55,740 nt of DNA from Candidatus Thorarchaeota archaeon (GCA_019894665.1 JAGXOC010000006.1:1-55740), one strand, 5' to 3'. Shown: positions 19,245 to 27,339, counted from the stretch's first letter. Numbers and translations: made by a program. The notes: generated by a model not told the origin, from the sequence alone.

Positions 19245-20075
19245 TTGACACTTAATCGACGTGGCATAATCTTTCTTGTCATCCTACTTGTCATTGAAGC
19301 TTACGTAATCATGACTCAATGGGTTCAACCTCTAAGCTGGGGTATCGTTCCAATTACTGGGTTGAATGGAGCCATCACTTACATTTTCTTGTGGTTATTA
19401 TGGCCAATTTTCGGTGGAATAATCTTCGTTCTTGTGATGCCTCGGATATTGGGTCCACTCTTTCTCAGGATGAAGGGTGCAGTATGGAGCGACTACGTGA
19501 ACGCTTACGTAGACTTACCTCGCCCAACTCTAAAACTAACTCGAGTTATTCGAAGAGCTATCTATCTCGGTCTGTTGACAATGGGCATAGTGTCCATCTT
19601 GATCTACATCATTCCACCTACACTCCTTCTTCCCCCGGGAGCAGTTCAACCACCTATCACAGTTTTTCACATGGCCTCTATTGCAAGCATTGCGGGTCTT
19701 GTGGTTCCAATATCAATCGCATTGTGGTCATCAGGCTGGTCGTATCGGGATGCTTCACTTGTTCACTATAAGATTCCTGATGATGGGGTTGATGAACTCT
19801 ATGAGATTGAACCAATCCATCTTAGGTTCGACTCTTTCCTGAAGGGATATGCAGGGTTCTCATCTATACTATTCATCATCAATCTCGTGATAGTTCAATT
19901 CACAACCGAGGACTTCACAATGGCTCTTCTGGTTCTGTATGTATTCATGCACGTATCACTATTGACCCTGCCAGCTATATACGTTCACTCACGAATGAAT
20001 CACATGTGGCTCAGAAAGAATCTACCAAAGGCGCGTAGATTCACCAAATCTGATGTCCAAATTCTTGAAGATTGA
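19245..20075 (+). CDS. Hypothetical polytopic membrane protein
   Basis: 276-aa ORF (TTG start 7 nt after the SD GAGGTGA) with ~7 hydrophobic helices. No family recognised. Confidence 0.55.
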   Translation: MTLNRRGIIFLVILLVIEAYVIMTQWVQPLSWGIVPITGLNGAITYIFLWLLWPIFGGIIFVLVMPRILGPLFLRMKGAVWSDYVNAYVDLPRPTLKLTRVIRRAIYLGLLTMGIVSILIYIIPPTLLLPPGAVQPPITVFHMASIASIAGLVVPISIALWSSGWSYRDASLVHYKIPDDGVDELYEIEPIHLRFDSFLKGYAGFSSILFIINLVIVQFTTEDFTMALLVLYVFMHVSLLTLPAIYVHSRMNHMWLRKNLPKARRFTKSDVQILED

Positions 20076-20080
20076 ACAAC

Positions 20081-20200
20081 AATAAGAAGATAGGATCCGA
20101 TTCGGTGTATGTGTATCGTGCCAGTCGTTAGAGCTTGCACGATGTATCGCGTGGTAGGAGGGAGATTGAAGATTTATAGAAATCTACGAATCGAATCCTA
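20081..20200 (+). repeat. Structured-repeat family, copy C (complete palindromic element)
   Basis: Leader AATAAGAAGA, then terminal inverted repeat TAGGATCCGATTCG (20091-20104) / CGAATCGAATCCTA (20187-20200), 13 of 14 positions complementary. Inner hairpin ATCGTGC..GCACGAT. Core TCGCGTGGTAGGAGGGAGATTGAAG (20146-20171) matches copy B. Confidence 0.6.
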
Positions 20201-20305
20201 AACTGACCGGAAATCAACCTCATTTAAACTTAATTCATTCGGAATTATTAACCAATTAACTATTGTGTGAATTCAAATTCGAACTAGACCTCAACCTTTG
20301 TCTTG

Positions 20306-20344
20306 AAAAAATAGTGTCCACTAATGCGAGGGGTATGCCCCTTG
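20306..20344 (-). terminator. Stem-loop plus T6 downstream of the Zn-ribbon/wHTH gene
   Basis: On the minus strand, CAAGGGG-cata-CCCCTCG (20327-20344) lies just after the stop at 20349, followed by TTTTTT (complement of 20306-20311). Confidence 0.35.
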
Positions 20345-20348
20345 AGAG

Positions 20349-20720
20349 CTAGTAACCCCATTCCTGCCCTTGTCTTTGACGATACCATCTCTGTCCTTTC
20401 TTAGTGAGAGAGTATTGTCCTTGGATCTCTGATAGAAGCCCCATTTCCACCATGTTGCGAAGCACGCCGAACAGTTTGTCATCTGAGGCTCCTGTGACCT
20501 CTTGGAGTCCGGGGAAGTTCATCTTCCCATTTCTTTTCAGATGCTGAGCAATGTCGTACTTGCCAACTGATCTAGTTTCAGTTCGCACTATGATGTGGCC
20601 GCAGTTTGTGCAGAGGAGGTCTCCTTTGTTATCATCGCGGGCGACTTCCTTACTACCACAGATCGGGCAGGTCGTCTTTGAGAATCTTAGTGAACGTCGA
20701 TGTGACATAATTCCGACCAA
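20349..20720 (-). CDS. Small TFIIB-type zinc-ribbon plus winged-helix protein
   Basis: CPICGSKEVARDDNKGDLLCTNCGHII matches the TFIIB zinc-ribbon pattern. The C-terminal ..LRNMVEMGLLSEIQGQYSLTKKG.. looks like a wHTH. Confidence 0.65.
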   Translation of the reverse strand: MVGIMSHRRSLRFSKTTCPICGSKEVARDDNKGDLLCTNCGHIIVRTETRSVGKYDIAQHLKRNGKMNFPGLQEVTGASDDKLFGVLRNMVEMGLLSEIQGQYSLTKKGQRWYRQRQGQEWGY

Positions 20721-20771
20721 GTTGACCTCTTACGTTGCCTTGATAAAACTAACGAACGGACCGTGGTTTGA

Positions 20772-21290
20772 CTACTGCTTCTCTGAAACGAGGTCTCTGA
20801 AGAATGCCTCATAGTCTATCTCAAAGGGTACTCGAAGACCTAACCGCACTTTCTTTCCTGCTTGGTCAATCTCAATATATCCCTGTTTCTGCAACTCCCT
20901 CAAATCATCCATTACTCCCCTCAGGCTCTTCTTACGAAACTCCCGCACTCGGTCATAAGAGACCCAACCGCCTTCCTGATAGGCCAATGTGATGACTATG
21001 AGCAAGGTCGCAGCTAACCGATCCGGGAGCGCCGATTCTTCCTGGCTGATCTTTGACTGTATGGAAGTGTCGACGTAGAATACTCCACTCACCGGATTGT
21101 GTTTGATGGTGAGGCCAACTGGTTCCAATCGAGTATGCAATTCACCCAGGCGTCTGAACAGGATTTCTCTACCCAAATCCTCTGGGAGGCCAAGAGCATC
21201 AAGCATATCTTCTACTCCTGCACCGATGGGGTCTCCTGACCTAGTTAGGAGTTTCATAAGGATGGCATACTCGTTCATTGTGTCCAACAC
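20772..21290 (-). CDS. ScpB-like tandem winged-helix (kite) protein
   Basis: 172 aa. ILMKLLTRSGDPIGAGVEDMLDALGL...LGELHTRLEPVGLTIKHNPVSGVFYVDT and LPDRLAATLLIVITLAYQEGGWVSYDRVREFR..GVMDDLRELQKQGYIE follow the two-WH ScpB pattern (EALLF..gePl...; LS.aaLEtLAIIAY.qP.tr.ei..iRG). Confidence 0.55.
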   Translation of the reverse strand: MLDTMNEYAILMKLLTRSGDPIGAGVEDMLDALGLPEDLGREILFRRLGELHTRLEPVGLTIKHNPVSGVFYVDTSIQSKISQEESALPDRLAATLLIVITLAYQEGGWVSYDRVREFRKKSLRGVMDDLRELQKQGYIEIDQAGKKVRLGLRVPFEIDYEAFFRDLVSEKQ

Positions 21291-21310
21291 CCATGCAAAC
21301 CTGTCTGTTG

Positions 21311-21318
21311 TTTAAAAT
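21311..21318 (-). promoter_or_regulatory. TATA box for the ScpB-like gene (near-leaderless)
   Basis: The minus strand reads ATTTTAAA, centred ~24 nt upstream of the ATG at 21290. Confidence 0.35.
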
Positions 21319-21416
21319 CTGAGGGTCTCGTTTTTTCAATCAAGCAAAGGGCGCCACGTTGTTAAGTATAGTAACAATATGTGACTTCATTCTGTGACCC
21401 TCACAAGTGGCTTCGC

Positions 21417-21424
21417 TATATATA
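21417..21424 (+). promoter_or_regulatory. TATA box for the micro-ORF/MFS transcription unit
   Basis: TATATATA is centred ~36 nt upstream of the ATG at 21457, which implies a ~10-nt leader. Confidence 0.45.
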
Positions 21425-21456
21425 CCAAAACTGACGAGTATTCCTTGTGAAATATC

Positions 21457-21561
21457 ATGGCTCTAACAACTAACTCTCGCAAATCATCCGAGTTGAAGAA
21501 TAAGAAGTCCGTCTTTAGCACTGACGCTATCTCCTACGCATACGTCACTGTTGTAAGGTGA
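21457..21561 (+). CDS. Micro-ORF 1 (34 aa), paralog family
   Basis: Hand translation: MALTTNSRKSSELKNKKSVFSTDAISYAYVTVVR*. It shares N-terminal T(T/N)NSR and C-terminal (T/A)(D/E)A(I/L/V)..(A/T)Y..(V)RR with micro-ORFs 2 and 3. It is below the 60-aa track cutoff. Confidence 0.4.
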   Translation: MALTTNSRKSSELKNKKSVFSTDAISYAYVTVVR

Positions 21562-21576
21562 AGTGTTTGAACAATC

Positions 21577-21667
21577 TTCTGAGACATCTGAACTGGCTTT
21601 TGGTTGATCCAGTCGTGGCCCAGCGTGGTCATCCGATGGTCACAGATGTGGTCAGTTCGTCTCAGAA
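21577..21667 (+). other. Long interrupted hairpin carrying four phased GTGGYC(A) repeats
   Basis: TTCTGAGAC (21577-21585) pairs with GTCTCAGAA (21659-21667), and GAACTG (21590-21595) pairs with CAGTTC (21653-21658). The interior holds GTGGCC (21615), GTGGTC (21625), ATGGTCA (21636) and GTGGTCA (21648), spaced 10-12 nt apart. Confidence 0.45.
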
Positions 21668-21710
21668 ACAGCATATCCTGTGACCAGCCTATAGGAACGT
21701 GTGAAAGATA

Positions 21711-21821
21711 ATGAAATCAACTAACAATTCCCGATTGTTTCGTCTTGTCGACGAGACTCGATTCACTCACGTACAATCTGCTGAAGCACTGGCTTATGCA
21801 TACGCTACAGTAAGAAGGTGA
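21711..21821 (+). CDS. Micro-ORF 2 (36 aa), paralog family
   Basis: Hand translation: MKSTNNSRLFRLVDETRFTHVQSAEALAYAYATVRR*. Its stop lies in AAGGTGAAG, which serves as the SD for micro-ORF 3, 4 nt downstream. Confidence 0.4.
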   Translation: MKSTNNSRLFRLVDETRFTHVQSAEALAYAYATVRR

Positions 21822-21825
21822 AGAA

Positions 21826-21924
21826 ATGGCACTCGCAAAGATACAAGGAATTCCTCGTGTTTGGCAGAAGACTAAGACTGTCGTAACCACTGACGCAGTG
21901 GCTAGGACCTACTTTAGGAGATAA
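21826..21924 (+). CDS. Micro-ORF 3 (32 aa), paralog family
   Basis: Hand translation: MALAKIQGIPRVWQKTKTVVTTDAVARTYFRR*. It ends 5 nt before the MFS ATG, and its last codons contain the MFS SD (AGGAG). Confidence 0.4.
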   Translation: MALAKIQGIPRVWQKTKTVVTTDAVARTYFRR

Positions 21925-21929
21925 TTCAG

Positions 21930-23270
21930 ATGACTGAAGTTGTTAACATTGAAGAAACAGAGACGCAGGATGATCCAAAGGGATTCAGAGTAGTACTTGC
22001 TCATCGTGATTTCTCATTACTATGGTCTGGTCAATTAGTCTCTAACATTGGTACAGCAATCGCTTCACTAGCACTCATGTTCTATGCGTATGCCCTGACT
22101 GGGTCTGCTATGGCAATGGCAGTTTTAGCTATAGCTCAGACACTTCCAGTTGTCGCTTTTGCTGGTCCAATCGGTGTTTACATCGATCGATGGAACCGAA
22201 AGAAGATCATGGTCGCTTCTGATGTTGTCCGCGCAGTCGCGATTCTCCTCATTCCTCTGACAATATACTTCCCCTCTTTCATGCCCACAATCTATTGGGT
22301 TTACTTGATCACATTTCTCTACGCTACTGCTAATGCGTGGTTCTTTCCCGCAAGGAGTGCATCAATCCCCAATCTCGTCGAAGGCGATGAGTTGGTCGCA
22401 GCCAACTCTCTATCTCAGATGACATTTCAGGTTGTTCAGTTAGTAGTCCCCCCACTTGGTGGGATCCTTGTTGCATTCCTTGCACCTAATTACTTCCTAG
22501 CATTCGCTATCAACTCTGCAGCTTTCGTGTTCTCCGCATTTGCACTTCGAGGAATCACAACGAATCTCATCCCTAACCGTGTTTCTGATGACAAGGAGTC
22601 GCTGATGGCTCAGATGAAGCAGGGTGCTCGATATGTGATTGGTAATTCGATTCTCTCATTCCTCTTCGTATTTGCAATGCTCCTCGCGGGCTCATCAGGC
22701 ATCCTGAATGCACTGATTATGCCATACCTTGGAGGTGAGCTCGGTCTAGGTTCCGCTCAACTCGGTCTTGTCTTAAGCGCAGGTGCGGCCTCAGGAGCTT
22801 TAGCCGCAGTGTACTTTAGTCGCAAGAAGGAGCTTGAGAAACCTCTCTATCTCGTCACAACAGCTGGGCTCCTCGCAGGCGTTGCTATCTTTGCACTTGT
22901 CCTTGCATTTGACTTGGTGACTGTTATGTTGTCATGGGCAATGATTGGTGCAGTGGATGTCATTCTTAACATTCCACTTACTGTCCTTATGCAGGAACTT
23001 GTTGAAGATGAGCTGCGCGGTCGTGTCTTTGCACTTCTCAGTGTGGCATTCACAGCAGTGCAAGTTGTTGGAATGGGCATAGGTGGCGTCTGGGCTGAGG
23101 CTGTTGGATCAACAGGTCCTCCAATGATTGGTGCTGCCCTTGCGCTTGCAATCGTTTCATTAATTGGTTTCCTAGTAGTTGCTAAGCTGAACCTTCACGC
23201 AGGTCTTTCAAAACCAAGTGATGAAGTACCAGAAAACGAAGAGGAACTTCTAGTTGAGGTACCTGCTTGA
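21930..23270 (+). CDS. MFS transporter (EntS/DUF894-like efflux type)
   Basis: 446 aa with ~12 TM segments. N-terminal FRVVLAHRDFSLLWSGQLVSNIGTAIASLALMFYAY and the ..DRWNRKKIM.. loop are typical of this MFS subgroup. Confidence 0.85.
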   Translation: MTEVVNIEETETQDDPKGFRVVLAHRDFSLLWSGQLVSNIGTAIASLALMFYAYALTGSAMAMAVLAIAQTLPVVAFAGPIGVYIDRWNRKKIMVASDVVRAVAILLIPLTIYFPSFMPTIYWVYLITFLYATANAWFFPARSASIPNLVEGDELVAANSLSQMTFQVVQLVVPPLGGILVAFLAPNYFLAFAINSAAFVFSAFALRGITTNLIPNRVSDDKESLMAQMKQGARYVIGNSILSFLFVFAMLLAGSSGILNALIMPYLGGELGLGSAQLGLVLSAGAASGALAAVYFSRKKELEKPLYLVTTAGLLAGVAIFALVLAFDLVTVMLSWAMIGAVDVILNIPLTVLMQELVEDELRGRVFALLSVAFTAVQVVGMGIGGVWAEAVGSTGPPMIGAALALAIVSLIGFLVVAKLNLHAGLSKPSDEVPENEEELLVEVPA

Positions 23271-23288
23271 TCCATCAAGCAGACCTCC

Positions 23289-23300
23289 TTTCTTTTTCTT
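23289..23300 (+). terminator. T-rich tract after the MFS gene
   Basis: TTTCTTTTTCTT starts 19 nt after the MFS stop, consistent with archaeal oligo-T termination. It overlaps the convergent ScpA-like 3' end. Confidence 0.3.
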
Positions 23301-23967
23301 AAGTTGTGTCAACATCTGACACTGAGGGTCTCCAGATCTCTCGTGTTTCAGGATTATAGTGTAACTGCCCCTTGGAGACCAAGATTACTACATAGAGGAA
23401 GTGTTTGAGAAACAAATCAAACTCTTCATTCATCACAAGATCATCGAACTTGATTTTCTTGTCCTCTGAAATTGTTGCTAGGAATCGTTCCAAATCCTCA
23501 AGAAAGACAGAATCTTCAGTATCGAAAGCAAATCCATTTGGTAGTGTCGTGATCTTGGGAATTGGATCTTCAGGGGGCTCTCTTGACATTGCCTCAATCA
23601 GCGTCAGAATTCGATTGAGTGCATCTCCAAGTGAATCTTGCTCTAGATGTCCTATGACAACTGGTTGTTTCATAGTCACCAACTTTGCGAGATTCCTCAT
23701 GGACAGCTCCTTAAGTCGGCTCACATAGATTTCGGGGGCTGCGAGTATTCGGGCAAGTTCTTGAACGCGATTGACCTTTGTACTCAGAATCTCATTCAAC
23801 ATCTCATCAATGTCAATCCGGCTGTCAATCTTGGCAGCCAATTCTTGAAGGTCTTTGTATGCTTGAGTCAATCGGAGTTCAAGTGGATCAATCTCACCTG
23901 TACGAACAGCTTGCACCATGTTGAAGACACTCTCGGCAAGACTTTCGTTTTCACTCACGACTATCAC
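23299..23967 (-). CDS. Kleisin (ScpA-like) subunit
   Basis: GTG start 3 nt after the SMC stop. N-terminal ..GEIDPLELRLTQAYKDLQEL.. and C-terminal winged-helix-like ..FLKHFLYVVILVSKGQLHYNPETREIW follow the ScpA N- and C-terminal patterns. Confidence 0.6.
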   Translation of the reverse strand: MIVVSENESLAESVFNMVQAVRTGEIDPLELRLTQAYKDLQELAAKIDSRIDIDEMLNEILSTKVNRVQELARILAAPEIYVSRLKELSMRNLAKLVTMKQPVVIGHLEQDSLGDALNRILTLIEAMSREPPEDPIPKITTLPNGFAFDTEDSVFLEDLERFLATISEDKKIKFDDLVMNEEFDLFLKHFLYVVILVSKGQLHYNPETREIWRPSVSDVDTT

Positions 23968-23970
23968 TCT

Positions 23971-26900
23971 CTACTGAGTCTTGAACTTGGGGCTCTCGAT
24001 TATTAGCGAGGGTTCAACACTATTTGGTGAAACGACACCCAATATTTTGTCAGCATGTTTAAGCAAGTGTGTACTTTTGGCTGGAGTGAGCAGAATGAAC
24101 TGGCTACGCCGGGACGCATCATGAAACAGGCGACTAACAAGTTCTGTGTTTGTTGCGTCTAGAAATGTATCAACTTCATCCATAACGTACACCGGTGCAG
24201 GATTGAACCTCTGCAATGCAAGTATCAGGCTAATTGCAATTAGGGACCTTTCTCCACCAGATCCCGCGCTGATATCACCAAAGCCCTCCGTTTTGATTCT
24301 TGATTTGAATTCCACTCCATATTTTCCATCTCTGAGAGCAAGCTCGAATCTGACACTGCCTGGGAATTGTACTCGCCCCAAAACCTCGTTCACACCCTTC
24401 TCCACCTTTCGAAGAGTTTCATTCATTCCGTTGTGATATTGCTCTCTGATGTTCTGTACTGCAGACTCTGCTTCATCCAGTTCCTCGCCTAGCTCAGCCA
24501 CACGTTTAACAAGTTCTCTTAGCCTGCCCTTCAATTGGGTCTCTGTATGAGCCACAGTTTCCGAAACATCCTGATAGTCATCTAGGATATGTCTAAGTTT
24601 TACGAGTTCGCTCCTAACAAGGTCGATACCTCTGATGTTATCAGGTCTGCTTTTTCCTTCAATTTCCTGTTCAACTAATTCAAGATCATACTCTAGGTTT
24701 GTCAGTTGCCTTTTTGATTGCAAGACCTCAACCCTACGGGTTTTCACAAGTAGATTCAGTTCAATCAGTCGCTCACTCAATGTGCGTGATGTCTTCCTAA
24801 TCTCTGCAAGTTCCTCTCTGATCTTTGTTTGTCCTTTCTTTGTTTCCTCTCTTCCAGTACGCATGACCTCTATCTTATCAAGAATTGAGGATGCTGCATT
24901 CTTTGACTCTTTGATATCCTTACGCAAGTCAGTGAGGCTATCAGATTGCATTGTGATACTCTCTCTGATTCTCTTCAGTTCCTGACGTTTGAGATCTTCA
25001 TCCCTCTCAGAGGCATGTGCTTTGTTGTCGACCTTCGTCAGGTCACTCTGAAGACGTCGGTACTTTGTTCGGATTGCAGACTCCTGTCCTACCAATCTGC
25101 TTCGTTCAGGAGGTTGTGTGCTGTCTAGTTTTCTGAGGTCTCTCTCAGACTTACCATAGTCCCGTTGAAGATCTTTCAGCTCATCATCAATAGATACTAT
25201 TCGTTCTCCAAGCTCTGGTATGCTCTCGTTGAGTTTCCGTCGACGTTCCCATGTTGCCCCCCAACGGGTCATCTGACTGATCAGGTCCATGGTTTCTTCT
25301 CGTTCATTCGAGAGTGTTTCCAATCTAGTCATGATATCTGTAACGCGTTTACGTTCTACTGTGAGATCCTTCTCGATTTTTGCCAAACGAGTCTGAAGTG
25401 GAGCCGTAGAGACCATTCCCGATGGCTCACTCTTTGGATGACTGACAATCCGCGCGTCATCAGGAATTGTCACAGAACCATCCCTAGTGACCGTTCGTAT
25501 ATTCTGTTTCGTAGCAAGTCGTGACGCTGTTTGAGAGTTCTTCACTAGAACGAAATCGCCGAATACTCTGCGTAAGAGGGATTGTGCCTCCGTATCTGCT
25601 GAGAGCCGATTCCAGAGCCAATCCTCGACACCAGCCCCTTGAGGTAACTCAGGTCTCTCTTGTACGCTCTCCTCTTTCAAGAGAATTATCGGGGACGGAG
25701 CCTCCTCTTTGTTTCGTAGCTTGAGTAGTAATTGATAATCAGAAGAATCCGTTGTGACAAATCCCAGTGGGAGGTTTCCTGAGAGGACTCCTTCCACAGC
25801 AGCCGCGATTTCATCATCAGCTGTGAATAAACTGATGAGTGGTCCATACACTGTTTCCAAATTGTGCCCTGAAATTGCTTCACTGAGATTTCTGACTGAT
25901 TCAGGTATGCGTTTTGAGGTTTCAGATAGTCTAATCTTGATGTCGTCAATCTCTTTCTGGAGTTGAGAAACCAAACTCGTTTTTCTGAATCGTTCCTCAT
26001 TGAGAGACGCAATTTCTCGCTCTAGTTGAGACTTCTTTCCTGCAAGTTCTTTCTCATCTGTCTTTTCGATCTTATCCCATACGTGGGACCATTTGCTCTC
26101 CATTGCTTGGAGCTCAGCTTCTTCTATCTGGAGTCTTTCACGTAGACTTCTCATAAGTAGGTCCTTGCCCTCTAACTCAGCCTGGAGTGCTTTGTAGAGC
26201 CCATGTGCTTCTGCTCTCTTCGTGTTCCATTCAGCAAAGGCTGCGAGCTCATCCCCTATTCGTGCTCGTTCATCTTCCAATTCGCTGAGTTCTTCACGTA
26301 GTATCTTCTGTTGGTCCATGTATTGTTCTCGTGCCGCGGACACACGTTCTAAATCCTCACTGAGCTTCTCCTCTGTTCGTTTCTCAGCCCTTACGTTGTT
26401 CTCAAGCTGACGAAGTTCTACTACATGCTTCTTAGAATCCCCTTCAAGCCTAGCAATGTTTCGTTCTTCTTCCTCAATCTTTGCATCTATTCTACCCAGT
26501 TCTGTCTGGAGCCCTGAAAGTTTGGTTTCAAGTTCTGTGCTTTCTTCTTCTTGTTCCGAAATATGGCCTTCAATCTCCCTCTGCTCTTCTATCACACCTA
26601 CAAGACCTGATTCCTTTGTTTCAATCTCATCCTTTACCTGCTGAATTCTGGTTGAAAGGTCATCGAAACTAGCCCACTTCAATTCCTGCCCCAAATCTCT
26701 TTCCTGATCTTGTAGGGCTCTCTTCTTCTCAAGCCTAGAGAGATCATGTTGCAGCAACTCAAGTTCTCGCTCTACTATCTTAGACTCCGTTAGAGCTGCA
26801 TCGAGTTTCTGACGACTCTGAAAAACTTCAGTCTCTTGTAATCTAATTCTATCCCGAAGTACATCAAGTCCCGTTCCCTCTTCTACGAGTCGTCTGACCT

Positions 26901-27339
26901 CAAAGGGATCCATTTCTCGTATTGCATTGATTCTTTCCTGAGGCATGAAAACCAAAGGATTGTCACTATCAAGTCCGAGAGCCCCAATCATCTGCTTATG
27001 CTCAACCGCCTTGATTCGTCGTCCATCTGCATAAGCTCTAGGGATACCATCTCTATCAATACGTCTCAGAAACTTTCTACTTTGCCCATTCACCTTTACG
27101 GTGATCTCAACCTCCGCCGTGCTTGCGCCGTGTCGGATGAAATCGCTCCACTTACTATATCGGTTCTCTCTTTGATTCGAACCAAGTGCGAATTTCAAAG
27201 CGTGGAAGATGGATGTCTTTCCTGAACCATTTGGTCCAGCGAGTACTGTGAGACCTTTATCGAACTCAGCTGTTCCTGCGTAAAAGGACAGAAAATTTCC
27301 CAATCTTACTGATTCAATATTTACCTTGGTTTCACTCAT
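23971..27339 (-). CDS. SMC-family ATPase, divergent (SMC5/6-like hallmark residues)
   Basis: 1122 aa. Walker A GPNGSGKTS, long Glu/Lys/Leu-rich coiled coils, a central hinge (..VYGPLISLFTADDEIAAAVEGVLSGNLPLGFVTTDSSDYQLL..), signature SGGERSL, Walker B VYVMDEVDTFLD and C-terminal SQFILLTP. Confidence 0.85.
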   Translation of the reverse strand: MSETKVNIESVRLGNFLSFYAGTAEFDKGLTVLAGPNGSGKTSIFHALKFALGSNQRENRYSKWSDFIRHGASTAEVEITVKVNGQSRKFLRRIDRDGIPRAYADGRRIKAVEHKQMIGALGLDSDNPLVFMPQERINAIREMDPFEVRRLVEEGTGLDVLRDRIRLQETEVFQSRQKLDAALTESKIVERELELLQHDLSRLEKKRALQDQERDLGQELKWASFDDLSTRIQQVKDEIETKESGLVGVIEEQREIEGHISEQEEESTELETKLSGLQTELGRIDAKIEEEERNIARLEGDSKKHVVELRQLENNVRAEKRTEEKLSEDLERVSAAREQYMDQQKILREELSELEDERARIGDELAAFAEWNTKRAEAHGLYKALQAELEGKDLLMRSLRERLQIEEAELQAMESKWSHVWDKIEKTDEKELAGKKSQLEREIASLNEERFRKTSLVSQLQKEIDDIKIRLSETSKRIPESVRNLSEAISGHNLETVYGPLISLFTADDEIAAAVEGVLSGNLPLGFVTTDSSDYQLLLKLRNKEEAPSPIILLKEESVQERPELPQGAGVEDWLWNRLSADTEAQSLLRRVFGDFVLVKNSQTASRLATKQNIRTVTRDGSVTIPDDARIVSHPKSEPSGMVSTAPLQTRLAKIEKDLTVERKRVTDIMTRLETLSNEREETMDLISQMTRWGATWERRRKLNESIPELGERIVSIDDELKDLQRDYGKSERDLRKLDSTQPPERSRLVGQESAIRTKYRRLQSDLTKVDNKAHASERDEDLKRQELKRIRESITMQSDSLTDLRKDIKESKNAASSILDKIEVMRTGREETKKGQTKIREELAEIRKTSRTLSERLIELNLLVKTRRVEVLQSKRQLTNLEYDLELVEQEIEGKSRPDNIRGIDLVRSELVKLRHILDDYQDVSETVAHTETQLKGRLRELVKRVAELGEELDEAESAVQNIREQYHNGMNETLRKVEKGVNEVLGRVQFPGSVRFELALRDGKYGVEFKSRIKTEGFGDISAGSGGERSLIAISLILALQRFNPAPVYVMDEVDTFLDATNTELVSRLFHDASRRSQFILLTPAKSTHLLKHADKILGVVSPNSVEPSLIIESPKFKTQ

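Noticed and set aside
19319-19771. 150-aa alternative-frame ORF inside the 19245..20075 membrane-protein gene.
   Set aside because: It is on the same strand in a different frame and is Ser/Arg-rich. The 276-aa frame gives regular hydrophobic helices and has an SD-supported start.
17594-20200. The idea that repeats A, B and C are integron attC-like recombination sites delimiting gene cassettes.
   Set aside because: No integrase (IntI or tyrosine recombinase) gene lies in the window. I could not find the RYYYAAC / GTTRRRY core sites at the element ends, which are TAGG...CCTA instead. The idea is kept only as a remote possibility within the repeat finding.
24146-27225. Numerous 60-120-aa ORFs on the + strand inside the SMC gene (e.g. 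24146..24436, 24635..24985, 25165..25524, 26222..26410, 26456..26644).
   Set aside because: They are Ser/Phe/Leu-rich, low-complexity shadows of the Glu/Lys/Leu-rich coiled-coil codons on the opposite strand. The minus-strand frame carries complete SMC motifs, so these are not called as genes.
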